The notes: a model not told the origin generated them from the letters alone. A stretch of DNA of 42,571 nt from Octopus bimaculoides (GCF_001194135.2 NC_068984.1:140322937-140365507); one strand, 5' to 3'. Shown: positions 21,723-35,118, counted from the stretch's first letter. Numbers and translations: made by a program.

Positions 21723-22418
21723 ACGCCAGTCAATCGCAGCTTTACTCAAGAAACNNNNNNNNNNNNNNNNNNNNNNNNNNNNNNNNNNNNNNNNNNNNNN
21801 NNNNNNNNNNNNNNNNNNNNNNNNNNNNNNNNNNNNNNNNNNNNNNNNNNNNNNNNNNNNNNNNNNNNNNNNNNNNNNNNNNNNNNNNNNNNNNNNNNNN
21901 NNNNNNNNNNNNNNNNNNNNNNNNNNNNNNNNNNNNNNNNNNNNNNNNNNNNNNNNNNNNNNNNNNNNNNNNNNNNNNNNNNNNNNNNNNNNNNNNNNNN
22001 NNNNNNNNNNNNNNNNNNNNNNNNNNNNNNNNNNNNNNNNNNNNNNNNNNNNNNNNNNNNNNNNNNNNNNNNNNNNNNNNNNNNNNNNNNNNNNNNNNNN
22101 NNNNNNNNNNNNNNNNNNNNNNNNNNNNNNNNNNNNNNNNNNNNNNNNNNNTTTGCTCGGGTCAAACACTGGTCTGAATTTTCAGAGTCCTCTCCCCCGC
22201 CACCACCACCACCCCCGTTCGCCAGCGCGCATTTTTTTTTCATATTCGTTTACTACTTGTACATCTATTGAACTATTTTTTTTTTTTTGCTCGGGTCAAA
22301 CATTTTAGTTTGAGCGAAAATTCTTGTAATTGCACCAAGGAGAGATTATCTGAAGCTCCATTTAGGGTGTAATATTTAATTTGGATGAACGTATATACCC
22401 CATTTGTTGTGTTCGTGT

Positions 22419-22788
22419 GTGTTGGAGGAGCAATGGCTCAGTGGTTTGGGCAGCGGACTCGCGGTTATAGGATCGCGGTTTCGATTCCCAGACCGGGAGT
22501 TGCGCGTGTTTATTGAGCGACAACACCGGCAAGGGATGGTGGCGAACCCTGCTGTACTCTTCCACCACAACTTTCTCTCACTTTTACTTCCTGTTTCTGT
22601 TGTACCTGTAATTCAAAGGGTCAGCCTTGTCACACTGTGTCACGCTGAATATCCCCGAGAACTCCGTTAAGGGTACACGTGTCTGTGGAGTACTCAGCCA
22701 CTTGCACGTTAATTTCACGAGTAGGCTGTTCCGTTGATCGGATCAACTAGAACCCTCGACGTCGTAAGCGACGGAGTGCCAACAACAA
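22419..22788 (+). mobile_element. tRNA-derived SINE family C, full length, with 11-bp TSD
   Basis: A-box TGGCTCAGTGG, B-box GGTTTCGATTCC, (CAA)n tail. TGTGTTCGTGT occurs at 22408-22418 and 22789-22799. Confidence 0.8.
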
Positions 22789-24529
22789 TGTGTTCGTGTA
22801 TTAACGTTGCGAATTGGGATTAACGAATTGAAGACTGGTTTGGCTGTTGTTTTCCTATCATTTTGTTTTCTATCATATATCTGCATAAAACGAAAGACCA
22901 CTGGACACCTACGCACCTGCAATTTGCCTACGGTAACAAATAGGCAACTCCCACTCTTATGCGGTCACCCGACCTGCTGGAAATAGCAGTTAAATTCCCA
23001 CCAACCATCTTGAGATAAAGATGCAAGAGATAGTATAAGTCCTAGGATGATCATGGCTGGAATGTCTCTGATCACAGGTCTGTTCGATCAGAGTTGACCT
23101 CAGGCTAAACAATATCAACGACTTAATTCAAGAACAGGCATTAAACATGAAACACCCTTCGAAAATTAGAGCCTGTATTAAGAACAAGTTGACATAAAAA
23201 TGCAGTTTTTATTAACCATTACATAAATATTAAGCTGACAATAAAACTTGATAAATATATTTTCTTGGCAATTATATTTGAATCGTAAATGCATGACAAT
23301 ATAAAGCTTACAATAATATTAAAATGACGGTAGAGTCAGCCAAACACGCTTATGTTAAGGTTTTCAATAAAAATTATATATGAACAAGATCTATAAAACG
23401 AAAGGTACGTTTAGAATACAATTGGAGCATTTAGATATTTTTTTTCACACAAAACATAATTTTTACACAAGCATACATAAAACAAAATTTCTGCTGGATA
23501 CATTTACTTTTATGAAAGGAAAACAGAGTAAGTGCGATGTGAACATACTTGAGATGTGTTAATAACATTATAATTATCCAAATGTTAGAAATCAATAAAT
23601 CAATAATCGATACATTACCTTGTAGTATAGAGTCTGGTTTCTTACGACCTGAGTTTAATCCTCGTTGGGGTTAACTATGCCTTTTTGTTCTTTTTTCTTT
23701 CGTGTTTTCTTTTTCGGGACGTTAAACTAAATCAACCATGAACGACGTATCTCCTTTTTAGTTGGATTGAAACTAAAACGACGTTGCTTCAAAGCGGGTT
23801 TCTTAACGATATAACCACGACGGCATCTGTACTTAGGTGTACTCCAACGATTATGGCATTGTAACCACAAGAGCATTTTCATTCTCCTTCTTCTTGATAA
23901 TTTGCTTCATCGCAGTGAAAGCCGGTTGGAGGGAATCTTTATTGAATTGTGCTTCCAGTTCGGCATTCTGGTTTTTTTTCATTTTCCTATTATTTCTCCA
24001 CGTGCGGTTTACTCAACCCCACTATTTACTGACTTATATATATATATATATATATATATNNNNNNNNNNNNNNNNNNNNNNNNNNNNNNNNNNNNNNNNN
24101 NNNNNNNNNNNNNNNNNNNNNNNNNNNNNNNNNNNNNNNNNNNNNNNNNNNNNNNNNNNNNNNNNNNNNNNNNNNNNNNNNNNNNNNNNNNNNNNNNNNN
24201 NNNNNNNNNNNNNNNNNNNNNNNNNNNNNNNNNNNNNNNNNNNNNNNNNNNNNNNNNNNNNNNNNNNNNNNNNNNNNNNNNNNNNNNNNNNNNNNNNNNN
24301 NNNNNNNNNNNNNNNNNNNNNNNNNNNNNNNNNNNNNNNNNNNNNNNNNNNNNNNNNNNNNNNNNNNNNNNNNNNNNNNNNNNNNNNNNNNNNNNNNNNN
24401 NNNNNNNNNNNNNNNNNNNNNNNNNNNNNNNNNNNNNNNNNNNNNNNNNNNNNNNNNNNNNNNNNNNNNNNNNNNNNNNNNNNNNNNNNNNNNNNNNNNN
24501 NNNNNNNNNNNNNNNNNNNNNNNNNNNNN

Positions 24530-24718
24530 CACGTTAGCACGCTGGACGAAATGCTTAGCCGTATTTCGTCTGCCGTTACGTTCTGTGTCCAAATTCCTTT
24601 CGGGGTCGATAAATTAAGTACTAGTTACGCACTGGGGTCGATGTAATCGACTTAATCCCTTTGTCTGTCCTTGTTTGTCCCCTCTATGTTTAGCCCCTTG
24701 TGGGCAATAAAGAAATAC
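24530..24718 (+). mobile_element. SINE family B with internal deletion
   Basis: Matches the 11719-11946 element. Confidence 0.85.
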
Positions 24719-24878
24719 GAAAATACTGCGGAAACTATCGTGTAATCTCTCAACTTGTTACTGTAGGAAAGATCTTTGCTGCAATATTCTCGAACCGCTT
24801 GCAGATCATCGCAAAAAGAGTCCTTCCAGACTCCCACTGTGGTTTCCGTGCATCCTGTGGACCCAAAGACATAATCCC
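24719..24878 (+). pseudogene. LINE reverse transcriptase N-terminal fragment (RTE-like)
   Basis: CGNYRVISQLVTVGKIFAAIFSNRL...LPDSHCGFRA...DII matches the C.NYR.ISLL...GKI.A.I...RL...LPESQCGFR motif of RTE-clade RTs. Confidence 0.75.
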
Positions 24879-25329
24879 TATACCTTGTTGCGATTACATT
24901 ACAGATCAAAAGTACTCCGAATGATATTCTGCAATACATTTAGTCCTCTTATCTCAATCCTTATGTTATGCAAAGATCGCGAGCAAGTTACCGAATGGTC
25001 TAAGTGGTATCAATTTCTTCTCGTCTTGAAAAGACCCAAAAAGGGATTTAAACCCATTGAGTTATAGAGCCTGCTTCTTTTTTTTTTTTTTTCCTTTTTT
25101 TTTTCCTTTTTTTTTTTTGATGGAATTTTCTACACAAATGTAGTTTTCAATACTAATTAACGGAAAACGCATTCATTTTTGAGATAAAATAATAACATTA
25201 AAGTTATAAACCTTTAAAGATTGACATTTTCAGTAACTTTAGCCAAATAGAAGAGTCCACCATTATCGATATATCAGAAATTCCAATTGCCATGTGTTGG
25301 CCGTCTAATAGGAAGCGCCCTGTTTTTTA

Positions 25330-25405
25330 TGTATATGTATATGTTTGTATGTATGTATGTATGTATGTATGTATTATGTGTGTGTGTATGTGCGTGCGTG
25401 CATGT

Positions 25406-25452
<47 letters not shown>
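25330..25452. repeat. (ATGT)n / (GT)n / (AGAT)n compound microsatellite
   Basis: Directly visible. Confidence 0.9.
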
Positions 25453-25453
<1 letters not shown>

Positions 25454-27329
25454 AGCATTTAATTAAAGAAAATATATGCAATTGGGGTTAGTGTTTAGGG
25501 TCAGCGTTTAGAATTTAGGTTCAGAGTTAGGATTTAATATTCAATTTAGGGTTTGCAACTACATCGCAAAATTTCAATGCAAACCTTAATTTGCTCTTGT
25601 TTTGTTGTTGTTGTTTTTTTCTTGCTTTGTTTCGTTTTCATTTTATTTCATTAAATATTTCCACCTATAATTCTTTGTAACGTTTTTATTATTATGGTGG
25701 TGCGAACACGAGAATTGTGATCCGCTTTGAAGAATATTGCAGTGCATCGCGTCAGGTCGGTGTTGATTTCTTTTCTTTAACGTTTGTATTTTTTTTTTTT
25801 TTTCATTAAATGTATTCACTTGTAAAGGTTTCATAATCTTTTTATTTTCTTTTATTAAATTCTTTTCGTAAATGATGAAAAAATAGAGTTCTTCATAAGG
25901 TCGTCAGCACATTTCAATTACGATTTCCGACAACGAAGGCTTCTGATGGACTAAACTTACTAAATTTCTATCTTAAAAGATTCGTGACTTTTCTTCATTA
26001 AGACTATATTGAAATGAATGTCGAGACATTACTCTCAGTTTTCAATTTAGAGTAACCTTAACAACGGCATATATGAAGGACGTGCTGTAAATATTTGTAC
26101 TGAGTAGACAGTCAGTTAATTTTTGTATTATAAATTGATAATAGAAACATTTTCGCTATCTATAAATAAAATGTTTATATAATATTTTTGAAGTAATTTA
26201 CTGTCGTGTAGAGCTGAAGTCTGTCAATGATATTTGGCTTTCATAATGCGCAACAGTTATCTCGTGTTTACTTAAAGCAGATAAATTTATAGGAAAGTTG
26301 GTTATATATCATTAGATGTATACCTGACTTTCCTATATAAAATTAGAAATTAAACGGAACGCTGAATTCCAGACTATCAACTTAAGCAACACTTTATTCA
26401 GGTGGTAAATATATACATCTTTAGTTCTTGTTGTTACAGCTTCTGTTGTTGGGACGTTGTTATGTAGGTGTGAGCGAGCTGTCGAGCGTAATCCGAAAGA
26501 TGTAGAGAGACAGCTTAACACGTAAAGAGGCTGTCTCCAGAGTTCGAATGTTAGAGACACTTCTTGACACGTCCATGCTCTATTGCTGGCCAGCAAGAAA
26601 GAGGATGAATTGAGCGGGAACGCTTGGTTGTTTAATTCTACGCATGCGTGAGACTACGCATGCGCACGGCGTTACTACAAATTAAAGTAAATATTTTTCT
26701 ATGGTGGCACTCTAAATACATAGAGCAACAAATAATCTTTTGTTCTATATGCTTAAGGCTTAAAATTTTNNNNNNNNNNNNNNNNNNNNNNNNNNNNNNN
26801 NNNNNNNNNNNNNNNNNNNNNNNNNNNNNNNNNNNNNNNNNNNNNNNNNNNNNNNNNNNNNNNNNNNNNNNNNNNNNNNNNNNNNNNNNNNNNNNNNNNN
26901 NNNNNNNNNNNNNNNNNNNNNNNNNNNNNNNNNNNNNNNNNNNNNNNNNNNNNNNNNNNNNNNNNNNNNNNNNNNNNNNNNNNNNNNNNNNNNNNNNNNN
27001 NNNNNNNNNNNNNNNNNNNNNNNNNNNNNNNNNNNNNNNNNNNNNNNNNNNNNNNNNNNNNNNNNNNNNNNNNNNNNNNNNNNNNNNNNNNNNNNNNNNN
27101 NNNNNNNNNNNNNNNNNNNNNNNNNNNNNNNNNNNNNNNNNNNNNNNNNNNNNNNNNNNNNNNNNNNNNNNNNNNNNNNNNNNNNNNNNNNNNTTTTTTT
27201 TTTGCCCCCATCCAAAGTTTTTTTTTAAAACTTAATATTCTACACGTCATCTGCTTATCGACTTACAGTTCTACCATAAGAAAAAATCCTTCAAATCTTT
27301 CGAAGTTTCTAAATTCTTATAACGTAAAG

Positions 27330-27478
27330 GCGCCGGCGTGGCTGTGTGATAAAAAAGCATGTTTCCCAGCGACATGGTTCTGGGTTCAGTCCCACTGCAT
27401 GGCAGCTTGGGCAAGTGTCTTCCACTACAGCCTCGAGCAGACCAAAGCCTGTGAGTGGATTTGGTTGACGGAAACTGA
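27330..27478 (+). mobile_element. SINE family A, 5' fragment
   Basis: GGCGTGGCTGTGTG...GGTTCAGTCCCACTGC...GGAAACTGA. Confidence 0.8.
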
Positions 27479-27499
27479 TCGGATTCCTCAACATTCCTC

Positions 27500-27672
27500 C
27501 CTGATCGGAAGGCTACTCCATCGCAGTGTCACCCATTTACAGACGAGTGGACTGGAGCAACTTGAAATGAAGCGTTTTGCTCAATAACACAATGCACCGC
27601 TCGGTCTGGAAGTCGAACCTACGAGCTAGCAATTATGGAGTACAACACCCTAACCACTAGGCCACGCGTCTT
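27500..27672 (-). mobile_element. tRNA-derived SINE family D, decayed; a related head fragment lies on the plus strand at about 29591-29670
   Basis: Minus strand GTGAAGACGCGTGGCCTAGTGGTTAGGGTG...GGTTCGACTTCC followed by TTATTGAGCAAAACGCTTCATTTCAAGTTGCTCCAG. Confidence 0.65.
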
Positions 27673-28804
27673 CACACATATCATTTATAGCATAAGGTTT
27701 TTGTTTTCACATATGACATATAAACATGTACGTCTTTTAGAACATTGTCATTTTATAAGATTTTGGTGGCAAATCTTTAAATTAACATAAACATTTATTT
27801 ACATGAAAGAAAATTACCAGAGAACTTTCATCTAATTCTTCCAAATCTTTCTGTTAAAACTGTATTGAAACCATTTGTGGGGATTTTTTACAGCATATAT
27901 AATTGCTTTGCATTCTACTTCTTATATGGGCTGTACTTAAACCATTCGCAGTTCTTCCACTTATAAAAGCCAATTATTTACTATCATCCGGTATCGAATT
28001 TCTTGCACTTCCTTCACAATCAGCTTTTGCTGCCAAAAGAAAACCCTTTTGTTGTCATTTTATCCATCAAGGATTGGCTTAGATTCGATTTACAAACCTT
28101 TAGATGCATTTACATTGGATTTCGGCATTTTCGCCAACAAAACGTTGCTACAAAATTATAAGCTTCTTGAACGTATTGTGTCTCTTCCTTACTCTAACAC
28201 CTCTACTGCCATCTCAATTAGCACTAATTAGATTACCTAGGTAACAGGAACTACGAACCTATCATCACCTGTGCACTTATCATCCGCAATCTTAATTCTC
28301 TGACGGCTTGCCAAATATCACACTGCGTCCTTGTCAGCTTGCCAAGTGTCTGCTAACGTGGAGTATACAGCACGGAGTTCCTACCTACTCTCTTCCAGCA
28401 TTATACAACGATACTTCGCAGAGAGTAATAGTACAAGCAAGCTGCACCGGGGAATCATTTATAGAATTAATTTGATTCTGGCTTCTCTGGAAAAACGCAA
28501 ATGAAGAGACACCCAGAAAAAATGGCAACGCATAGAGTTATACATATGGTTTGTCAAATGTAACTGTTGGAGTATCGGCAGAGTAAAATGTCACCTTTTC
28601 AGTTGGTAAATTAACATCTCAATGCTGCTGCATGCATTGCGTATTTGCGATGTTTCGTACGTTTGAAGCAGTCCATTGCATAGAAATATATAAATAAGCA
28701 ATAATAAATACATAACATATGATAAATGATGTAATAGAAATAATGTAAGCCAGAACAGATGATATCAGAAGCATTACATTATATATTTGCTCACTCACTC
28801 GTCG

Positions 28805-28866
28805 AGCAGAATGGCGCAGTGGAAGCGTGCTGGGCACATAGCCCAGAGGTCCGTAGATCGAAACTA
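28805..28866 (+). pseudogene. tRNA-iMet(CAT): 3'-truncated initiator tRNA-Met(CAT) pseudogene
   Basis: AGCAGAATGGCGCAGTGGAAGCGTGCTGGGCACATAGCCCAGAGGTCCGTAGATCGAAACTA, then unrelated sequence. CAT is at 28837-28839, the iMet-specific ATCGAAA T-loop is present and the 3' acceptor strand is missing. Confidence 0.88.
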
Positions 28867-30040
28867 ATATTTTTGATGTTTATGCATTGTAATTGAAGAA
28901 AACTTGGTGTTGCTTGACAAGAGGTGAGGATGTGTGTTCTTTGATAGCTTTCAATCCTCTGCGGTTATTCATTGCTTACTTGTGACAAGAGGTGAGATGC
29001 GTGTGCTCTGGTGACTCTCGAATCTCTGCGACTGCCCCTTGCGGGCTTTGCGTTAATACTAAGAAAAGCGCGTGAAAAGGTCATAGAGTATTCAACTAAT
29101 TTCTATATGGCGTGATATTGCTGCAAGCTGATTGGCTAATAATCAGAGTGAATGCCCTGACCTGTAAGTGGACTTGACCCAACGGCCAAGGTTGTCGGGT
29201 TTCGATTCTTAGTCTCACTACACAAGGTGAAAGGGTCACCAAAACCCAAGTAGCATATTGGACAGAGACAATAACAGGACTTTTCGCTTAGATTGTAGGA
29301 TTTTATGCCCTGTTATTAATTAGCAATAAGAACCCCTTGGCTTTTTAACAATAGAATATTTGACAAAGCATCGGCAATTGTAAGTTACTGATAACAATCA
29401 GTTTCGAACTCATGTTATTCCCACACAGAACTATGATAAACAAAAGTGGGTTTAAAACCGAGCCTTGGTAGACTGGACAATTCTTGACTTTAAATACATT
29501 GCAAAACCTAACCTTATTTATGGTATCCTCTATCGCATTGAAGGCTTTCGCTAGCTATTTGCTTACACCTAGTTCGTTTAGTTTCAAGTGTGAAGGTGTG
29601 TGGCCTAGTGGTTAGGATGTTGGCTCACGATAATAAGATCGCGGATTCGATTCTTAACCACACGGCCATTGCGTTTTTACTTTAGCTTGTGTGTGCGCGC
29701 GCGTGTGTGTAAGCTGAGTGGAGACTATTGTCCGATTTAAATTGAAATTGCATACGATATAACTCCTTGTGTCTTCTTTAAGAAAGCAAAAGACAAAATT
29801 GCGAGGAGAATTCCAAATTTTTACTAATATCCATTAGATCACCAAAGACATGTAGAGGGGGGAAAACAGAAAGTTTGTTTTTGAATAATTATGATACGTA
29901 ACTTTGATAATTTAAGAACAAACTGTCCTGTTTTGTTATATTGGTCTATATTATATGACTGCTTCGGTCAATGGACCGCGGTCATGCTGGGGTATTGCTT
30001 TGAAGGGCTTTAGTTGAACAAATTGATACCAGTACTTATT

Positions 30041-30254
30041 CTTTTATTTGTTTCAGTTGTTTGATTGCGGCCATGCTGGAGCACCGTCTTTAGTCGAGCA
30101 AATCAACCCCAGGACTTATTCTTTGTAAGCCTAGTACTTATTCTATCGGCCATTTTTGCCGAACCGCTAAGTTACGGGGGACGTAAACACACCAGCATCG
30201 GTTGTCAAGCGATGTTGGGGGGGGGGGACAAACACAGACACACAAACATAAATA

Positions 30255-30308
<54 letters not shown>

Positions 30309-30470
30309 CAACGGGTTTCTTTCAGTTTCTGTCTACCAAATCCACTCACAGGGCTTTGGTCAGCCCGAAGCTATAGAAGAAGACACTTGCCCAAGGTGCC
30401 ATGCTGTGGGACTGAACCCGGAACCATGTGGTTGGAAGCAAGCTACTTACCACACAGCCACTCCTGCGCC
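30041..30470 (-). mobile_element. SINE family A, full length
   Basis: Reverse complement, ending in CCACTCCTGCGCC. Confidence 0.9.
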
Positions 30471-31232
30471 TAAAAAGCTATGGGGCTCGAACCCACGACA
30501 TTCGTGTTATTAGCACGACTTGTTTCTTTTTAAACCTGGTACTTATTTTACCGGGGTCTTTTGTCGAAGTACTAAGTTACAGGGGCGTAAACAAACCAAC
30601 ACAGGTGGTCAAGCGGTGGTGGCAAGCACAAAGGCAAAAGCATACACATATACAATAGCCGACAGACTTCTTTTAGTTTCTATCTAATAAATCCACACGC
30701 TGTGGAACTGAATCCGAATATACGTGGTTTCAAAGCGAGTTTCTTAACTACATAAACTTGTGTATACATACATACATACACACATAAAATCTGTAAAAGC
30801 CTGTAAAACTTTTGAGAAGTTTATCATTTAAATATACGTGTCCTAGATATGCATGTATATGCATGAGAAGACATGCATAAAACAAAAACATACAAATCTG
30901 CACACTATATACAAAATACCCTGTTGTTGATGTTGAAATTCCAATGAAACCGGTTTTTTCTCTATTGGCAAGAAAGCTTGAAAGAAAAGTGAATCATGAC
31001 ATACATACATACATACAAAGATACAAAGGGGTGGGACACAAAGAGTAATATTTACTAAATGTTTAACTTTTGAGTATAATGTTTTTTTATAAGTGTTCAC
31101 TATCTAACAAAGATTGCATCGGCTAAGCAAATTACCTTCTTTAGATGCATTAGAAACACTATAACATATTTAGAAGACTATTTCAGAAAATTTTCTCCGT
31201 TCTCTTTGAGCATACAAAAGACAAATTTAGCT

Positions 31233-31557
31233 GGGGCAAAATGAGTAAGACAAATTAAGGTAAATTTACTCCTTCAATTCTCCAGAATTGCATTTGAAAA
31301 AAAGGACTCAAACACATCAATATCCATCCTTAGACATCAGAAAGATTAGAAATGCAACAAAAATTAAAAATATCTGGGGCAAGTGAAATAGGGTCGTGGA
31401 AAAATGGCACATGATATGAAATTAACGAAACTCGACATAAAATATTTTCTATAGCTTCTTCACGATCTATCGGAGTGGCCCTGTTCCTGATATATCATCG
31501 TATTATGCAGAAGAAATGAAGAAAATTATTGCGATTGGTCATTACTCATTTTGCCCC
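31233..31557. mobile_element. Possible MITE bounded by a perfect 16-bp inverted repeat
   Basis: GGGGCAAAATGAGTAA (31233-31248) / TTACTCATTTTGCCCC (31542-31557). No TSD was identified, so these may be subterminal motifs. Confidence 0.45.
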
Positions 31558-31963
31558 TTTAGATTTTTCTTTTCTTTTTTTTTTTTTTTTTTTTTTGAAA
31601 ACTAATAATTATCAAATTAAACGTTAGAGTTAGGGAAAACTTTGACTTGGAATCCAGCAGAGAAAAGAATATTGATTGTTGAACACCAAAAATTATCCAA
31701 ATATTTTATTAGCAACCTCAATTACAATCGGGTGAAAGTTGAGGAAAAATTTGTTGAAAAAAAATGCGTCACCTGTTTCAAACTCTCTCAGGTAAGAAGA
31801 AAATAACTAGAAATCAAAAATTACTCAGTTTGCCCCACATACATACATACATACATACACTCACTTTTTCTACCTTTCTCTCTCTTTCACTCTCTCATAC
31901 GCGCGCGCACGCACATATCTCTATTCACACACACGTATATGTATATATCTATTCACACACACG

Positions 31964-32001
<38 letters not shown>

Positions 32002-34289
32002 CACACACACATAAAACACTTCTTTCTAACCCAGATTATCTGGATTGCTTCTTTCATTCGTTTATTACGGGACTCTTTCTCACATAACACCGTCACCCAA
32101 TTACGGAGTTTTATTTCATTTCACGTTTCTCCTTTCTCGGCAGATATGGCGAATGAATTAGACTGTTCCAGTCTAGAACTTTCTATTTTACAGGGTTTTA
32201 CTCACGATGACTGTTGTGGTAAATATACATTAACATCTCTCTGTTTATTTTAAACACTTTTGGGAGTTCAATTAACCTTTTTATTACAATATATTAATAT
32301 ATACATACACATATGTGTCTAAATATATTTTCAATTGGTTTTCATTCAGCTCCATATGACGTGATTTTGTGGGCTTATAGGACGAACCCATCTTATCAGA
32401 TTCCCAGATTCCATCCTCCGAGCCCACGAAACTTTAAATCATATGGAGCTGAGTCAAACTGTTATTAAAAATTTTATATATCTCCGATCTAATGCATTGA
32501 AAACCACTTTCTTTCGTTTGTCTCCTCACTCGTATTTCAATCTATTATACACGTTCTTTTATTTTCTTTTCTTCATGTTATCTATCATTTCTCTAAATGT
32601 GCGTACGTCGCACATATTTGACTCTGCGAGACCATTCCTTATGTTTTAAAGATTTCGGATTATTGAAGTAAATCTTTAAGGTTTGGACACCAAACCTTTA
32701 AGCACATGTCCGAATAATTTAGAAATAAATTGTTATTGATTGTTTTAATTTTTCATAACCAAATTAATTGATTTAATTAATTTTACGAAGATTATTTTAA
32801 TTCCTAACTTGTAGATATAAAAGATTTAATATTTCGGAAAATCTAACGCTGTTTTTAAATTTTTATTGTGAATTTTTCTTTATACAGTCACTTATTCTGA
32901 TAATTAAAAAAAAAATCTTGTCTTATCAATTAATAATTCATTACTAACGATTCTATGTTGGAAAATATAACATGTTCTTCTTCTAGTCGTAGATTCGCCG
33001 GCAACCGGCTAGAATTATCTGTTTTCCTTATAGTGCCGGTAATTACTATCATATGGCGTCATAAGCTTTAGGAAAAGTCATGTACGTCGCATTGTCTCAA
33101 TCTCTTTATCTATTATTCTTAAATCTTATGCTGAATTACAAAATAAATTAATAGGATTTAGAAACGATGCCGTGTGTTCTTTTCCTATCTTTGACGCTAG
33201 ATATTACAATATTAACATGTAACTTTAGCATAAGTTGACTAATATGTAGAAGTATACACCAATATACCGTTAGTGGTTGTTGTGTCGGCTGGGAGTGGGT
33301 TGAAAAACGAAACCACTGTGCCTCTCTATGTTCAAATCTTGTCGTAGCTGACGTTATATTGGAGTTAATCCAGTTAACTATCTATTTATTATTCCCGGCG
33401 GACTTTCGGAACAGTTGTTCAACATAAGTTGGATTTTCTACGTTTTGGTTGGATTTTTCCAAATTTTAATATACATTTCAAATCAGTGGAGCGGGTGGTT
33501 AAAAAAATTTTAATCCATGTTTTTTTAAACGTGTCCCCCCCCCCCTACCGTCTCAGTGTGCATTCGGAACAGCAGTCTCCACTATGATGATTAAATAATT
33601 TTTTTCCCTTTTCGCTGTTTTCGTCATTCGGAAAAACCCCGGCCAATACGGAGAAATTACAACGGATGTGGAGCAGCTTTTCCGAAAACCCGCCCTCTTA
33701 AATTTATAGTCTATCAACAGTAATTTATAGCTATCAACACTATTATATTACTTGTGGCCTTGTCCTTTATAGGTAAGCTGCCTGGAAGCAGAGAACACGA
33801 CGGGGCTTTCAGTTCCTGTGTCAAACCAGATCACTTTCGTTGCTAATATCAATCACAAAATGATTTATTATCCCTCGTTTAACAGCATAAGACCATGCAC
33901 CAAGGCAAAAGACCGATTTTTGCCCATTTGTTGACAAAAGTAAACAATAAAACCATTGGAAAGTGCATGAACGCTACAACCTCTTATTTTCCCTGTTCGC
34001 GAATGAAACTTCCTATTTGTGTATTTATATAAATTTGAGAAAGGTATTATGCATCCTTATTGACAAAAATACGTTAGAATGCGAAAGGGTGGGAGACATC
34101 TTTGACACCTCTGCCGTCTCCTGATATCACATGATAGTTGTAAACGTGTGTCACTGTCATGCAGCTGTCTCCTTAGTTTCCAATCCTCCATGAAAAAACG
34201 TGTCTGCTTGGAAACTGATGAGGACTAGTGGCAAGAAAAAGCAGCCTTAAAAAAATTTGCCTCAACAAATTCCAACCCATACAAGCATG

Positions 34290-34438
34290 CAGGACCGGCC
34301 CTAGGTTTGCTGGCGCCTCAGGTTAGCTAAACTAAGGTGTGTACAAACTGATGGTCGTGGAAATTTCCTTGTCTTTGTCTTGCTCTCCTTGGCGCCCTGG
34401 GTGGCTGCCCAAGTTGCTGGTACCTTGAGCCGGCCCTG
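34290..34438 (+). mobile_element. hAT-type MITE with perfect 8-bp TSD
   Basis: Ends CAGGACCGGC / GCCGGCCCTG; CAAGCATG at 34282-34289 and 34439-34446. Confidence 0.85.
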
Positions 34439-34849
34439 CAAGCATGGAAAAGTAAACATAAGAACGACGATGAACCAAGGTTTCCAAAGTCATAATTATA
34501 TTTGATTAATTTAATAATTAAGCTTTGGTCCAGTAAGTCCACATCCTGTGGTAGTTAATAAAATATGTGCAGTTTCTTGCTTCTTCTTTCAAAATTCTGT
34601 GGCTTTGGAAGTGAAATTACTATCATGAGTGCTGTCCATTTTGTTGAAAACTGGGTCCTTTGAAACACACTGCATCATTATTTTATAGCCACTTTCCATG
34701 CTTGCATGGGTTAGGTGTGTCTTGGCTGCTCTGCTAGACCAATTGGTCAAGCATGGTGACTGGTTGGGGAAAAATGGTTTTATGTATATATATATCTAGA
34801 TCATGCATGCATGCACATTTGCCAGTATCGTCGAATCTACAACAGGAAT

Positions 34850-34907
34850 ATCATACTGATGAGGTAATGAAGAGTTTTTCCTTCTAAACCAGAAACATGT
34901 CTATGAT
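34850..34907 (+). ncRNA. Putative minimal type I hammerhead ribozyme with a one-nt core insertion; possibly a relic
   Basis: Stem I ATCATA/TATGAT, CTGATGA (34856-34862), stem II GGT/ACC plus GAAG/CTTC, extra A34891, GAAA (34892-34895), palindromic stem III ACATGT, GUC cleavage triplet (34899-34901). Confidence 0.5.
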
Positions 34908-35060
34908 TAACTATGGCTAGTTTAGTTCGTTATTTTCTTCTTGTTTTGCCTATGTGAGTTGCGGGTAACTGCTATCTGTTGGAGTTTCAGCATTTTTAGC
35001 TGCTATTTCTGAACTTCGGTATGTGGTGAAGCAACCTGTTGCTGATCCCTTAATTTTGTT

Positions 35061-35118
<58 letters not shown>

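Noticed and set aside
26333-26596. Possible RTE LINE C-terminal remnant (LASNRAWTCQEVSLTFE)
   Set aside because: The similarity is too short and weak to call without an HMM search.
14689-27250. Long ORFs of 150-405 aa in the track
   Set aside because: They consist mostly of X across N gaps, plus dinucleotide repeats.
28915-29030. Two degenerate ~55-bp direct repeats starting TGACAAGAGGTGAG
   Set aside because: Only two diverged copies with no associated structure; an ordinary local duplication.
34210-34240. CTGATGAG box
   Set aside because: It is a variant of the GGAAACAGGTGAGG segment of a common repeat, with no downstream GAAAC or stems.
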